Assembly: GCA_963700285.1 (NCBI GenBank)
Contig: CAVOXA010000001.1
Span: forward strand, 64,001-128,000
Length of the DNA: 64,000 bases
Direction of reading: 5' to 3'
Origin: an uncultured Chloroflexia bacterium
GTDB taxonomy: Bacteria; Chloroflexota; Anaerolineae; JAAYZQ01
Both the position numbers and the translations under genes were made by a program. The notes under the pieces were generated by a model, which ran no database searches, was not told the DNA's origin, and saw only the letters and a list, made by a program, of their open reading frames with translations. Positions 40,951-51,889 of this stretch are shown here, in pieces. How positions within the stretch are numbered: position 1 is the first letter of the stretch; every line of letters starts with the position of its first letter.

Positions 40951-42387
40951 CTATGGATTTGGGGTAACGATGCTTGCCGGCGGTGGCGCCAGGACTCCCA
41001 CCCATCGGCCTGGCACCCAGCCGCTGGGTCCGGACGCATCACCCGGGGGCCACCGGATCAAGTACCAGTCTTGATAGACCGCCACGATTTCAACAGGTAG
41101 GGCGGTCAACGCCGACTCCCCGGTCAATGGGCTGTCGGCGCGCGGCTCGGCGCGGAGCCGCACATTGCCGATCATGACGCCGAGAGAAAGGGTTGGGGCG
41201 TCAGTGGGTGTCAAGGTTGGCGTTGGCGTCAGCGTTGGCGTATTTGTCGGGGTGTTGGTCGCCGTATTTGTTGGCGTGCTGGTGGGTGTATGCGTGGGCG
41301 TGGGTGTAAAAGTAGCAGTGGCTGTAGGGGCCGCGGTTGGCGTACCGGTCCAGGTCGCTGTAGCGGTCGGTAATGGGCTGGGAGTGGCGGTTGGCGTGGG
41401 CGTCGCGCGCCCCAATGTGAGGCTCCAGGCGCCCAGGCAGCCCAGGGTCAAGCACAGGAGCAGGATGAGGCCCCCGGCAGCGATGGCGAGCCAAGGGACC
41501 CTCGCGGCGGTATCCGCCTCATCTGGCCCGGCAGCGTCCGAGACCAGAAGCAAGGGCTTCAAGTAACCCTCGATGCCAGGCAGGCTATCGGGATCGCCGT
41601 CGTACTCGCGCAGTGCCTGCGGATAGGCCTGGTGGATGTCGCTCAGGGTTTCGTACACATGGTCGCTGAAACCTTCTGGTGCGATACCCTCGATGACGAC
41701 GGCCAGGTAGGCCCACGGCCCCGGTTCCAGCAGGATCCACAGCGTACCGTACTGGATGGCGTCCAGATCGCCCTCTTCTTCGTCACCAAAAGCGTCCTGG
41801 GCAAAATCCCTGATGGCGGTGAGCATGCCGCTGACCAGGTCGCGGTCTCTGGCTTGTTCAGGGTCCGAGGATAGATGGGACAGGAGCAGCCCTGATTCAC
41901 GGTGGATCAAAAAGACTTCGTCCACGCGAAAGGGGAACGACTCGCGGATCGCCAGATCGACCGTGGAAACGCCCTGCATGCGCGCCCGGATGGGGCGGGT
42001 CAGGCTCTGGACGCTGAGTGTGCGGCGCAGGTTTTGATCCACGCGGCGGGCCAGGTCGCGCATGGACTCGGCCACAGCCTTGCGTATCGTCTTGCCAATG
42101 ATGGGATACAGGGCAGCAACGATGTCATCCTGAGAGTCTTGAATCTGGCGACGGATGGCGGGACCGATGACGGGGGCCAGGGTGTCAGAGACCTCGTCCT
42201 GCGCAGCGTCGATCTTGCGGGCCAGCGCCGGGGTGATCGCCGACTTGACGGTTTCAATCAGGTACTCGTTATCTTCCCGCAGCAGGATATCGCGCAGTTC
42301 TGCCAGGGAGTCACCATCCCTATCCTGGCCGGAATCGGTGGGCGGGACGTCGTGCTGGCTTGAGGACACGTTGGCTCCTTGGTCCAT
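40951..42387 (-). CDS. Membrane protein: helical N-terminus, longin/roadblock-like domain, TM, PT linker, SH3b-like C-terminus
   Basis: [12 protein letters not shown]…[13 protein letters not shown]; TM helix; TP repeats; NVRLRAEP…DWYLIR…SGWVP. Confidence 0.72.
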   Translation of the reverse strand: MDQGANVSSSQHDVPPTDSGQDRDGDSLAELRDILLREDNEYLIETVKSAITPALARKIDAAQDEVSDTLAPVIGPAIRRQIQDSQDDIVAALYPIIGKTIRKAVAESMRDLARRVDQNLRRTLSVQSLTRPIRARMQGVSTVDLAIRESFPFRVDEVFLIHRESGLLLSHLSSDPEQARDRDLVSGMLTAIRDFAQDAFGDEEEGDLDAIQYGTLWILLEPGPWAYLAVVIEGIAPEGFSDHVYETLSDIHQAYPQALREYDGDPDSLPGIEGYLKPLLLVSDAAGPDEADTAARVPWLAIAAGGLILLLCLTLGCLGAWSLTLGRATPTPTATPSPLPTATATWTGTPTAAPTATATFTPTPTHTPTSTPTNTATNTPTNTPTLTPTPTLTPTDAPTLSLGVMIGNVRLRAEPRADSPLTGESALTALPVEIVAVYQDWYLIRWPPGDASGPSGWVPGRWVGVLAPPPASIVTPNP

Positions 42388-42415
42388 AACAAACTGGCGC
42401 CTAAAGGATGGCGGG

Positions 42416-42877
42416 TCAATCAGAGAGGTCGCTGACGCCAGCTTTGTCCAACGAACCCAGAAGGTCGGCGACGCCGAATTGCTGCTTCAGCCGCGCTCCC
42501 ATCTCCAGGAGGATGTCGCCCATGTCGAGACGACTGGCTTTGCCTTCTTGGAGGGCATCGAGGGCCTGGGTGAACTCGACTCGGAGATCGTCGGCCAACT
42601 GGCGTGACTGGAGGCCAAGGCTGGACTCTAGCTGATCCAGCCGCTCAGAGAAGGTGCGATCCAGCTCGTCGTGACGCCTTTCCTGGTCGGCCTGCTGTCG
42701 ATCCAAGGTGGTTCTGAGTTCGTCTAATTGCTGGCTTAGCAAACCCAGTTCGGCTGCTATGCGACCGAACTGCCCCTGATAGTCCTGCATTTGCGGGCCA
42801 AAGATAATGTCGCGAATGCGATCCAGTTCGGTGATGGGGCGCTCGTCTACATCTGACTTTCCATCTTCTACACTCAT
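42416..42877 (-). CDS. Coiled-coil protein, first gene of the GTPase operon
   Basis: [12 protein letters not shown]-terminal motif, heptad-rich, '[15 protein letters not shown]'. Confidence 0.7.
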   Translation of the reverse strand: MSVEDGKSDVDERPITELDRIRDIIFGPQMQDYQGQFGRIAAELGLLSQQLDELRTTLDRQQADQERRHDELDRTFSERLDQLESSLGLQSRQLADDLRVEFTQALDALQEGKASRLDMGDILLEMGARLKQQFGVADLLGSLDKAGVSDLSD

Positions 42878-43072
42878 GCCTCTGCTCCTTCGGTCTGAGG
42901 TTGTACGGGGTGTAGAACAGTCCTCCCCATCATTATACATCAGAAAGGATTTCTCTGCAAAGGGTGAATTTTGCGGGAAAGCCCTGGGGTTTGGGCTGGA
43001 TGCCGGGAATCAGCAGCGCTCAATAGTTGTCAAACCATAAGGGGTCTTGTATAATGGGGATGGTGAAACCCT

Positions 43073-43771
43073 ATGGACTATGTGACATTGTTGTTGGTAG
43101 ATGACGACACCGATCTGCTTCGTTTGCTGCGGCGGCGCCTGGAACGGGATGGCTACGAGGTGATGGCCGTCGAAGGAGGGCGACAGGCTCTGCTCGCCCT
43201 GGAGCGACGATTTCCAGACCTGGCCATCGTGGATATCCTGATGCCAGATATGGACGGCTTTCAGGTCGCAGCCGAGATCAAGAAACAGGGAGACATCCCC
43301 CTCATCTTTCTAACCAGCGTCGCTGAAACCCAGACCCGGGTCGAGGGCATTCGCCGCTACGCCGAAGATTATGTCGTTAAGCCTTTCGATTACCAGGAAC
43401 TCCTGGCCCGCGTACAGCGGGTCCTGCGCCGCACGGCCGGACCGCGGGCCATTCACGAGCCATTGGTGGTCGTGGACGAGGGCTTGAGCATCGATTTTCA
43501 CCGATCAGAGGCGCACACGGCGGCTGGAACGGTCAAGCTGTCGGTCACCGAGGCCAGATTGCTTTACCACCTGGTCTGCAATGCCGGGCAGACGCTGCCG
43601 GTGAGCACCCTGGTGGCCAGGATCTGGGGCTATGCCGACGAGACCGGTCCAGAGACCTTGCGCGTGGCCATCTATCGCCTGCGCCGCAAACTGGAGCCGA
43701 AACCCTCCAAACCAGCCTATATCCTCACCATTCGTGAGGTGGGCTATCGCTTTGTCGCATTCGACGGCTAG
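43073..43771 (+). CDS. OmpR/PhoB-family response regulator
   Basis: LLVDDD, DILMPDMDG, KPF, winged helix RLRRKLE…TIREVGYRF; TATAAT at about 43050. Confidence 0.93.
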   Translation: MDYVTLLLVDDDTDLLRLLRRRLERDGYEVMAVEGGRQALLALERRFPDLAIVDILMPDMDGFQVAAEIKKQGDIPLIFLTSVAETQTRVEGIRRYAEDYVVKPFDYQELLARVQRVLRRTAGPRAIHEPLVVVDEGLSIDFHRSEAHTAAGTVKLSVTEARLLYHLVCNAGQTLPVSTLVARIWGYADETGPETLRVAIYRLRRKLEPKPSKPAYILTIREVGYRFVAFDG

Positions 43772-43935
43772 TAGGCCGCAGCTTTTGCCGCTTCTCGACG
43801 GGTACTGCAGGCGGTGCCCGTTTTTGTTTTCCTCACCGGCTTGTGTCTCAAGGTACCCGGTAATATCCCACGCGCCGAGTCTGTAATTTGCGATGTAACG
43901 GGTGTGTGCTACCATGGCCTGTGGAGGACGCCTGG

Positions 43936-44349
43936 ATGCGGGTTGAACAGTTGCCCCACATGGAAGCAGAACAGATCACCCGACTGCGGGCTGCCGGCAT
44001 CAACAGCTGCCGGCAGCTACTGCGCGCCTGGCAGCGGCCGGAGCGATTCCAAAGGGTCGTCATCGCCACGGGGTTGTCGAAGGACACGCTCAAGGGCGTG
44101 GTGCGGAGGGCTGAGGTGAGCCAGATCCGGGGGGTGGGCACGACAACCCTGGCCTACCTGTTCGAAGTGGGGATCGATTCCCTGGACGCGCTGGCGGCCC
44201 GCACACCAGAATCGTTGCGAGCAGACTTGCAGCGGGTGTGTGCCCGGCCGCCCAACCTGGCCGTGATCGAGGATTGGATCCTTCAGGCGGGGCAGATGGC
44301 TGGCTATCTCGAGGCGCCACCCTTGCAGGCTAGCCTGACTCCCAGATAG
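43936..44349 (+). CDS. DUF4332-like helix-hairpin-helix protein
   Basis: LRAAGI…LL, IRGVG…L.EVGIDSL..LA, P….IEDWI. Confidence 0.7.
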   Translation: MRVEQLPHMEAEQITRLRAAGINSCRQLLRAWQRPERFQRVVIATGLSKDTLKGVVRRAEVSQIRGVGTTTLAYLFEVGIDSLDALAARTPESLRADLQRVCARPPNLAVIEDWILQAGQMAGYLEAPPLQASLTPR

Positions 44350-44388
44350 GGCGAGGGCCAACCGGTGTCTACCGAATCCCTGGTAATG

Positions 44389-44427
44389 CAAGAGCCCGCT
44401 GTTCCTCTCGGGAACAGCGGGCTCTTG
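44389..44427. terminator. Strong hairpin (possible terminator)
   Basis: CAAGAGCCCGCTGTTCC-TCTCG-GGAACAGCGGGCTCTTG, 17-bp stem. Confidence 0.55.
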
Positions 44428-44662
44428 GGTAATAGGTAGACGAGGGCTAGTTGCGCTGGCAACCGTGCAGTGGAGGGGCAGACGTGTCCCAAACCGACGG
44501 GACGTCCAGTGCCGTCCACGGTTTTTGCCGCAGAGTGGGTTGCGCCACCACCAGAGCCGTGATATACTTGTTTCACCTGGGCAGGACCCTCGACCAGGAA
44601 TAGGGCTGTACGCTAGACGTGGAGTTGGCCGCTGAGGGCCAGACTGCATGTGAGGAGAAAAG

Positions 44663-45649
44663 ATGAAAAAACAAGCACGTTTTCCCCTGGCACACCTACC
44701 GACGCCGCTGGAACCGATGCAAAGGCTCAGTGAGGCATTGGGCGGGGCCGAGATCTGGATCAAGCGGGACGATCAGACCGGCCTGGCAACGGGCGGCAAC
44801 AAGACCCGCAAGCTGGAGTACCTCATCGCCGATGCACTAGCTCAGGGAGCCGACCTTGTCCTGACCGTTGGTGCAGCGCAGTCGAACCACTGCCGCCAGA
44901 CGGCGGCCGCCGCGGCCAGGGCAGGCCTGGCGTGCGTGGTGGTCCTGGGCGGTGAGCCCTTGCCCCGCGAGCGATGGACGGGCAATCTGCTGCTAGATGA
45001 CCTTCTGGGCGCGCGGGTTGAGTGGGCGCGTGATGAGGAACCTCTGGTGGTCATGGCAGCGGTAGCGGAGGCCGAGCGTGCCGCGGGCCGGAATGCCTAC
45101 ACCATCCCCTACGGTGGCTCCAACGCGATTGGAGCGTCTGCCTATGCCCTGGCTTTCCAGGAAATGGCGGACCAGGTCGCCGCAGAGGGAATGGCGCCTT
45201 TTGACCGTGTCGTGTTTGCCAGCAGCTCTGGTGGAACGCAGGCGGGGTTGGTCATTGGCGCCAAGGCCTGTGGCTACGAAGGGCAGGTACTGGGGATCAG
45301 CGTGCACAGGACCAACGCCCAACTGCGCGAGATCGTGACGACTCTGTTCGCCCCAACGACGGCGTACTTGGGCCTGGAACTGAGCCTGGGACCTGGGGAC
45401 GTGCACGTCGACGACGGCTATGTGGGCCCTGGCTATGGAATCATGACCGAGGTCGTGCGAGGCGCCGTCCGGCAGGTGGCGGAACTGGAGGGCATCCTCC
45501 TGGATCCGGTTTACGCCGGCAAGGCGATGAGCGGGTTGCTAGACTTCGTCCGCCGGGATGAGATTGGCGCTGACGAGAAGGTGTTGTTCTGGCATACGGG
45601 CGGAACGCCCGCGCTATTTGCCTACGCGCCAGATTTACTGGGTGGGTAG
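44663..45649 (+). CDS. D-cysteine desulfhydrase/ACC deaminase family PLP enzyme
   Basis: IKRDDQTG, GGNKTRKLEY, QSNHCR, LDPVYAGK, FWHTGG. Confidence 0.9.
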   Translation: MKKQARFPLAHLPTPLEPMQRLSEALGGAEIWIKRDDQTGLATGGNKTRKLEYLIADALAQGADLVLTVGAAQSNHCRQTAAAAARAGLACVVVLGGEPLPRERWTGNLLLDDLLGARVEWARDEEPLVVMAAVAEAERAAGRNAYTIPYGGSNAIGASAYALAFQEMADQVAAEGMAPFDRVVFASSSGGTQAGLVIGAKACGYEGQVLGISVHRTNAQLREIVTTLFAPTTAYLGLELSLGPGDVHVDDGYVGPGYGIMTEVVRGAVRQVAELEGILLDPVYAGKAMSGLLDFVRRDEIGADEKVLFWHTGGTPALFAYAPDLLGG

Positions 45650-45739
45650 AGCAACACGGCCTGCTAGCTCAACTGATTGTCTCTTCTGTTCCGGAAGTTG
45701 AATTTCCCGAGGGACCCGGGCGCCCCGCTCGGGTCCCTG

Positions 45740-47755
45740 CTATTCGACCCAAGGCATGGAACGGGTGGTACGATCCAGCAGGATATACTCGCGCCGGCCC
45801 AGGGTCGGGCCTAGGCGCCATTTGTGGAGCCTTTCAACAGGCCGGGCCTGATCGTCGTAGCGATAGCCCCGGGCTTCATAAGGCAGTACCAGCCGGACCT
45901 GGGCCGTGTTGGGGCCGATATGGTAGTGGAACACAGTCTGTCCGGTGACAACCCGGTAACCCGGCTGGGGATTGGTCAGACCCAGCACCTCATTCCAAAA
46001 ACCCGAGAGCACGTCGTGTCGCTTGTCCTCAAAGAGGACGGCGACGCCCTTTTGGGCGATGTAGAGGCTTCCCCTCTTTTCGATCAGACCATCATGTACC
46101 AATTCATGCTCGGTGGGACCGCCCGAGAATGAACCGGCGGGATCACTGAGCAATGCGGCCCCTAGTTGCGGGGAAGTTAAGAGCCTGCCGCCTTGCTGCA
46201 AGTAGGTGTCCAGAGTTGCCATGTCGTTGTCTGACAAATAGTCCGCGGCCGGCGAGAGGACCACAATGGCCCGCACTTGGGCCAACGGCCACCCATCCAG
46301 GGAGCTGACGACGGCCGCGTTCACACCTTCCTTGGCCAGGATAGCCAGCCCCCAGTAGGGCTGGACCTCCAGCCGCACCGCTTCCCGCGCGGCGCCGATC
46401 TCCTGGTGCGAGACTGTTGGTGGGGCCAGGATGAGCACATCAGGCTGGTCTGGAGGCGCTGCCATCAGCCACCGCAGCCGGGGCAACGCGGCCGATACGT
46501 GGGCGAACATGGTCTCCGGGTCGTAGGCGGTGTCGTGCGTGTCATTGTACAGCCCCTGTTCCTTGACGTTATAGTTCCAATAGGCAATGCCCTGCAGGTT
46601 GCCGCCAGCCTGTCGAACCAGCAGTGCCAGGGTCAGGCCGTTGGCCACGGCGTCAGAAATGGTGCCCGGGTCGGCGCTGGCCTGGCTCAGCCCCCAACTG
46701 TTGGCCGCCCCCCAGAGCCAGAGCGGCTTGTCGTAGCGCGCGGAATAGAGGCCCAGCGAGCGGGCCAGCAGGAAGAGCCCTACCAGGTTCTTGTCGCTCA
46801 GGGGGATGTCAGGCAGGCCGTCGCGCGGATATGCGTCAAAGGTGGCGGCAAAGTTGGCCGGGGTGTCACGGAACAGAGCTTCCACGTCCGGCAGGGTGAA
46901 GGTCTTGCGCGCCTGCGCGCCGTCGAAGGACATGGTCACGGGCAGGCCGGGGTGGATCTCCTGCCACAGCCCGGCGCTGTAGATGGCATATTCGACCACG
47001 TAGCGCGACTGGAACTCGCCCAGGAGGCGCTGGCGGGCCGGGTCGGAGCCTACATCGTCAAAGCCAAGGCCGTGCCGGCGGCGGAACTCGGCCTCGGCGT
47101 GGGAGGAATAGTCGCCGCCGATGGGCTCGTCGGCCAGGTTGAGCATGAGCAGCACATCAGCGTAGGGCTGCACGAATTCGGCGTCCAGCCAGCGGTAGTA
47201 GGCTTCGATGTCGCGCCGGTAGGCCGGGGCATAGAAAGAGGCGCTGACCCCGCCGCCATAGATGTCCAGTGGCTGGCCGCCAGCATCCCGGCGCAGGTCG
47301 CCAGGATGGTTCGTGTTCCAGACCTCGCCCATCTGGATCTGGTAGCCCACGGGCAGTACGGCCTTGACGCCCACCGCACGGCAAGCCTCAAGTATCCGGT
47401 GCTGGGCCTGGATCACGGCCACGGCGGCCTCGTGGCGTGGATCGCCGGGGTCCAGGTGGGCTTCGTAGACGGCGTAGGACAGCCCCGGCTCTACCTTGTC
47501 CGGGTCCACCTCGCCAGGATTGTTGTGGCCGATCCATACCAGATTGGATCCGGCATCGACCATCCGCTGTACCATGGCCTCTATTTCGGAGGCTGAAGCC
47601 TCCGGGTAAGCCTCTGCGGCCCAGCCAGCATAGTGGCTGGGCGCGTCCTGGGCATGGGCTTTGGAAGCAGGCCAGGTGAGCAAGACGCACAAGACCAAGG
47701 CGGACAGGACTTTTCGTGCAAATTTATGTCTAGTCACCAACGTTTGTGGATACAT
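45740..47755 (-). CDS. Secreted glycoside-hydrolase-like protein (clan GH-A/GH42-like)
   Basis: Signal peptide (AHA/QD), ASFYAPAYR, LNLADEP, C-terminal GATase-like domain; start uncertain. Confidence 0.55.
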   Translation of the reverse strand: MYPQTLVTRHKFARKVLSALVLCVLLTWPASKAHAQDAPSHYAGWAAEAYPEASASEIEAMVQRMVDAGSNLVWIGHNNPGEVDPDKVEPGLSYAVYEAHLDPGDPRHEAAVAVIQAQHRILEACRAVGVKAVLPVGYQIQMGEVWNTNHPGDLRRDAGGQPLDIYGGGVSASFYAPAYRRDIEAYYRWLDAEFVQPYADVLLMLNLADEPIGGDYSSHAEAEFRRRHGLGFDDVGSDPARQRLLGEFQSRYVVEYAIYSAGLWQEIHPGLPVTMSFDGAQARKTFTLPDVEALFRDTPANFAATFDAYPRDGLPDIPLSDKNLVGLFLLARSLGLYSARYDKPLWLWGAANSWGLSQASADPGTISDAVANGLTLALLVRQAGGNLQGIAYWNYNVKEQGLYNDTHDTAYDPETMFAHVSAALPRLRWLMAAPPDQPDVLILAPPTVSHQEIGAAREAVRLEVQPYWGLAILAKEGVNAAVVSSLDGWPLAQVRAIVVLSPAADYLSDNDMATLDTYLQQGGRLLTSPQLGAALLSDPAGSFSGGPTEHELVHDGLIEKRGSLYIAQKGVAVLFEDKRHDVLSGFWNEVLGLTNPQPGYRVVTGQTVFHYHIGPNTAQVRLVLPYEARGYRYDDQARPVERLHKWRLGPTLGRREYILLDRTTRSMPWVE

Positions 47756-48170
47756 CAACGGCAGTTTTGTCTTGTTTCCGTTTCGCATTGCAGTGCCCGT
47801 GAGGACCAAGGCATTTCTGAATGTAGCACCAACGGCAGGATCCCAGTTGCCAGTATCAGTAAGCCGCAACGAACTTCCCGCAAGCTTGACACAGGCCTCA
47901 GTCTTGACTCGCGTTCGTCGATTTCAATGGATTCAATACGTTCGCCCGGGCACAGCTTCCGAGAAGTTGGGCTGCCCATGCGCCGCACTGCAGGCCCTGA
48001 GCATTGTATTTCGGGTTAAGGCCTCTGTCAATTCCTGGTATACTTGTGATTGGCTCCGTTCAGACTTCCGATGGAGCCCTGCTCTTCTTAACGCTGCTGG
48101 CAACGGCACGGTCAGTTCCTTGCCCCGGCAGGGTTCTTGGAGTACAATGCTCCACGGGCACTGATCTCCG

Positions 48171-49928
48171 ATGAAAGTGGACAAGCGGCTTCTGCGGCAG
48201 GCGTGGGCATCGCGCATAGACCTGGCCTTGACAGTGGGCCTGGGTTTATTGGCGGGCATTGTGATCGTCGGCCAGGCACGCCTCCTGAGCCTGGTCGTGA
48301 GCCAGGTTTTCCTGGCGGGGGGGACCCTGGAGGCGGTCCGGCCGCAGTTGGCTGGCTTTCTGGTCCTGAGTCTGACCCTGGCCGCATTGGTATGGGGCCG
48401 TGAGGTCGCGGCCAATCGCGTGGCCGGCCGGGTCAAGTACGACCTGCGGGCGCGGCTGGTGGCCCACCTGCTGGACCTGGGGCCGGCCTATGCCCGGGGC
48501 GAACGCAGCGGCGAGCTGACCAACACCGTGGTGGAGGGCATCGAGGCCCTGGACGTCTACTATCGCCAGTACCTGCCCCAGCTGGCGCTGGCCGCACTGG
48601 TGCCGCTCACCGTGCTCCTCTTTGTCTTTCCACTGGACTGGCCCTCTGGCCTGATCTTGCTGCTGACCGCCCCCCTCATTCCCCTGTTCATGTGGTTGAT
48701 CGGCAACGCCGCCGAGGCGCTAACCCGGCGCCAGTGGACATCCATGAGCCGGATGAATGCCCACTTTTTGGACGTGCTGCAGGGGCTGACAACCCTGAAG
48801 GTGCTGGGCCGCAGCCGGGAGCAGATCCAGACCATCGCCCAGATCAGCGACCGCTACCGGCATGCAACCATGGGCGTGTTGCGGGTGACATTCCTGTCGG
48901 CCCTGGTGCTCGAGATGGTAGCCACCCTCAGCACGGCAGTGGTGGCGGTCCAGATCGGCCTGCGCCTGCTCTACGGCAGCCTGCTCTTTGAAGACGCCCT
49001 ATTCATTCTGCTACTGACGCCCGAGTTCTACCTCCCGCTGCGTTTACTGGGCACGCGCTTTCACGCCGGCATGGCGGGCGTGGCCGCTGCACAGCGGATC
49101 TTTGAGGTTCTGGAGACTGAGGCCAAGGTGGAGCCCAGGATTGGGGATCGGCCCTCTCATCATCTTGGTCTGAACCTCAGCCTTGGCTTTAGCAATGTAC
49201 ACTATGCCTATGACGAGGGGCGGCGTGCTGCGCTCAGGGGCTTGACGCTGGAGGTACTGCCTGGTCAGACGGTGGCCCTGGTCGGCCCTAGCGGCGCGGG
49301 CAAGAGTACGATGGCCTACCTTTTGCTGCGTTTCATAGAACCGGACCAGGGGATGATTCTGGTGGATGGCCGGCCGCTTCGAGACCTCTCCCGGCGGGCC
49401 TGGCGCGAGCAGGTGGCCTGGGTGCCGCAGAACCCCTACCTGTTCCACGGAACGGTGGCCGAGAATATTCGCCTTGCCCGTCCCAAGGCAAGCCTCGATG
49501 AGATGGCATGGGCCGCCCGCCAGGCCCATGCCCAGGCCTTTATTGAATCGTTGCCCCAGGGTTACGACACCGTCATCGGCGAGCGCGGCGCCCGATTGAG
49601 CGGCGGCGAGGCGCAGCGCCTTGCCCTGGCGCGGGCGTTCCTCAAGGATGCCCCGCTGCTGATCCTGGATGAGGCGACGGCCAACCTGGATCCAGAAATC
49701 GAGGACCTGGTGCAGGAGGCGATGGCGCGGCTGTTGATGGGCCGTACGGCCCTCATCATCGCCCACCGGCTCAGTACCGTGTACCGGGCCGACCGGATCC
49801 TGGTCATGTCCGAGGGCCGGATCCAGCAAGAGGGGACCCACGCAGAGCTTTTGCAACAGGCTGGGTTGTACAAGCAGTTGGTACACGCTTTCGACGGGGT
49901 TGCTTCTCCTGTGGGGGAGGCGCCATGA
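48171..49928 (+). CDS. cydD: Thiol-reductant ABC exporter CydD
   Basis: YYRQYLPQ, PEFYLPLRLLGTRFHA, GPSGAGKS, LSGGEAQR. Confidence 0.9.
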   Translation: MKVDKRLLRQAWASRIDLALTVGLGLLAGIVIVGQARLLSLVVSQVFLAGGTLEAVRPQLAGFLVLSLTLAALVWGREVAANRVAGRVKYDLRARLVAHLLDLGPAYARGERSGELTNTVVEGIEALDVYYRQYLPQLALAALVPLTVLLFVFPLDWPSGLILLLTAPLIPLFMWLIGNAAEALTRRQWTSMSRMNAHFLDVLQGLTTLKVLGRSREQIQTIAQISDRYRHATMGVLRVTFLSALVLEMVATLSTAVVAVQIGLRLLYGSLLFEDALFILLLTPEFYLPLRLLGTRFHAGMAGVAAAQRIFEVLETEAKVEPRIGDRPSHHLGLNLSLGFSNVHYAYDEGRRAALRGLTLEVLPGQTVALVGPSGAGKSTMAYLLLRFIEPDQGMILVDGRPLRDLSRRAWREQVAWVPQNPYLFHGTVAENIRLARPKASLDEMAWAARQAHAQAFIESLPQGYDTVIGERGARLSGGEAQRLALARAFLKDAPLLILDEATANLDPEIEDLVQEAMARLLMGRTALIIAHRLSTVYRADRILVMSEGRIQQEGTHAELLQQAGLYKQLVHAFDGVASPVGEAP

Positions 49929-51697
49929 GGAGTACCCTTGGGCGACTGCTTCGGATGGCTGCCCCTTTCTGGCAGAGGATGGCACTGGCGGCGCTGTTGG
50001 GCTTTGCCACCATCAGCAGCAGCATTGGATTGCTGACAACGTCCGCCTATTTGATCTCCAAAGCTTCGCTCCAACCCTCTATCGCCGAACTACAGGTGGC
50101 CATCGTCGGCGTACGCTTTTTTGGCATCGCCCGCGGGGTCTTTCGTTACCTGGAGCGCTACGCTTCCCACGATGTGACCCTGCGCCTTCTGTCCAGGCTT
50201 CGCGTCTGGTTCTACACTGCATTGGAGCCATTGGCTCCAGCCCGGCTCATGCAATACCACAGTGGCGACCTGTTGACCCGCCTCGGAGCAGATATCGAGA
50301 CGCTGGAGAATCTCTACCTGCGGGCCATCGCCCCGCCGGTTGTGGCGGTACTGGCGGCCGTGTTGGCGGCAGCGATCATGGCCAGTTTTTCCCCAAGCTT
50401 GGCGCTAGCGCTGCTGTTCTTTTTCCTGCTGGCCGGGGCTGGTGTGCCACTGCTGGCGCGGGTACTGGGCCGCGGCCCAGGGCAGCAACTGATCCGGGTA
50501 CGCGCCGAATTGAACAGCACGTTGGTGGATGGCATCCAGGGCATGGCCGATCTATTGGCCTTTGGCCAGCAGGAGCGCTACCTGGGCAGGGTGGCGGATC
50601 TTGGCCGGCGTCTGGGCGATGCCCAGCGACGTATGGCCCGCGGCGGCGGGCTGCAGAGCGCGTTGATCGGCCTGCTGATGAACCTGGCGGTTCTGGCCGT
50701 GCTGGTCGTCGCCATCCCGCTGATCCGTGCCGCTCAACTCGATGGGGTGTATCTGGCCCTGCTGGTGATGGCCGTGATTGCCTGCTTTGAGGCAGTGCTG
50801 CCGTTGCCCCAGGCGGCCCAATACCTGGACAACAGCCTGGAAGCAGCGCGGCGATTGTTCGAGATCGTGGATGTGGATCCGGCTGTCGTCGATCCTCGAC
50901 TGCCACTGCCTGCTCCTGATGGGTATGGGCTGCGGGGCGCGGATCTCCGCTTCGCCTACAATGAAGGGGAGCCTTTGGCTGTGGACGGCATCGGTTTTGA
51001 CCTGCCGCAGGGCAACTGCCTGGCCATCGTCGGACCCAGTGGCGCGGGCAAGTCGACGCTGGCCCACTTGATACTACGCTTCTGGGACTATAACGAGGGA
51101 ACCATCACCCTGGGCGGCAAGGACCTGCGCCAACTTGGCCAGGAGGATGTACGCCATCTCATCGCCGTGGTGTCGCAACATACCCATCTCTTTGGGGCCA
51201 CTGTGCGGGAAAACCTGCTTCTCTCCAGGCCAGAGGCCACCGAGGCGGAGATGATCGGGGCAGCGCAGCAAGCGCAGGTCCACGAATTCATCCGATCCCT
51301 GCCCCAGGGCTACGATACCTGGATCGGCGAGCAGGGCTGGCAACTGAGCGGCGGCGAGCGCCAGCGACTGGCTATTGCCCGTGCCATCTTGAAGGATGCC
51401 CCTATCTTGATCCTGGACGAGCCGACGGCCAACCTGGACAGCGTGACCGAGCGCGAGGTAATGAAAACCCTCCTGTCCCTCAGCGCCGAGCGCACGACGT
51501 TGCTCATCACCCACCGGTTGGTGGGTCTGGAACAGGCCGACGAGATCCTGGTGCTGCGGGGTGGGCGCGTCATAGAGCGGGGCAGCCATCACGACCTGGT
51601 TCAGATGCAGGGATTCTACCAGCGCATGTGGGACATTCAGAATCAGAGGCTGGCTGCCAGCCAGCCTGCCCGGGCCAAAGCACCCGCAATACTTTGA
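49925..51697 (+). CDS. cydC: Thiol-reductant ABC exporter CydC
   Basis: VRFFGIARGVFRYLERYASH, GPSGAGKS, LSGGERQR. Confidence 0.9.
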   Translation: MRSTLGRLLRMAAPFWQRMALAALLGFATISSSIGLLTTSAYLISKASLQPSIAELQVAIVGVRFFGIARGVFRYLERYASHDVTLRLLSRLRVWFYTALEPLAPARLMQYHSGDLLTRLGADIETLENLYLRAIAPPVVAVLAAVLAAAIMASFSPSLALALLFFFLLAGAGVPLLARVLGRGPGQQLIRVRAELNSTLVDGIQGMADLLAFGQQERYLGRVADLGRRLGDAQRRMARGGGLQSALIGLLMNLAVLAVLVVAIPLIRAAQLDGVYLALLVMAVIACFEAVLPLPQAAQYLDNSLEAARRLFEIVDVDPAVVDPRLPLPAPDGYGLRGADLRFAYNEGEPLAVDGIGFDLPQGNCLAIVGPSGAGKSTLAHLILRFWDYNEGTITLGGKDLRQLGQEDVRHLIAVVSQHTHLFGATVRENLLLSRPEATEAEMIGAAQQAQVHEFIRSLPQGYDTWIGEQGWQLSGGERQRLAIARAILKDAPILILDEPTANLDSVTEREVMKTLLSLSAERTTLLITHRLVGLEQADEILVLRGGRVIERGSHHDLVQMQGFYQRMWDIQNQRLAASQPARAKAPAIL

Positions 51698-51722
51698 CAC
51701 CCAGCCCATTTCATGTTACAAT
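51694..51722 (+). promoter_or_regulatory. Sigma70-type promoter of the ECF/Tup operon
   Basis: TTGACA-17 nt-TACAAT with TG extension. Confidence 0.8.
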
Positions 51723-51765
51723 TTTCACAGTTCCTTAAACAAGCAAGTGAAATAGCGGGTTTGTA

Positions 51766-51870
51766 GCATCTCCGAGCCTCGCCGCCTAAGGGTCCGAGTA
51801 GGCCTATGGGGTGAGGCCGGTAGGGTCTAGCTGGAAACGGCTATGCCTCCCACGCTTGGAAAGGAGATGC
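51766..51870 (+). ncRNA. Moco/Wco (molybdenum/tungsten cofactor) riboswitch
   Basis: P1 GCATCTCC/GGAGATGC; conserved CTCCGAG, CCTAAG, TATGG, GGAAAC, GCCTCCC, TTGGAAAGGAG blocks. Confidence 0.88.
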
Positions 51871-51889
51871 GCCCAGGGTAGTCAGGGCG

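Noticed and set aside
41200-41410. Tandem DNA repeat element
   Set aside because: Encodes a Pro/Thr linker; the same holds for the PT tracts in the LysM gene
47760-48160. Riboswitch between the glycoside hydrolase-like gene and cydD
   Set aside because: No recognisable aptamer consensus or terminator on either strand
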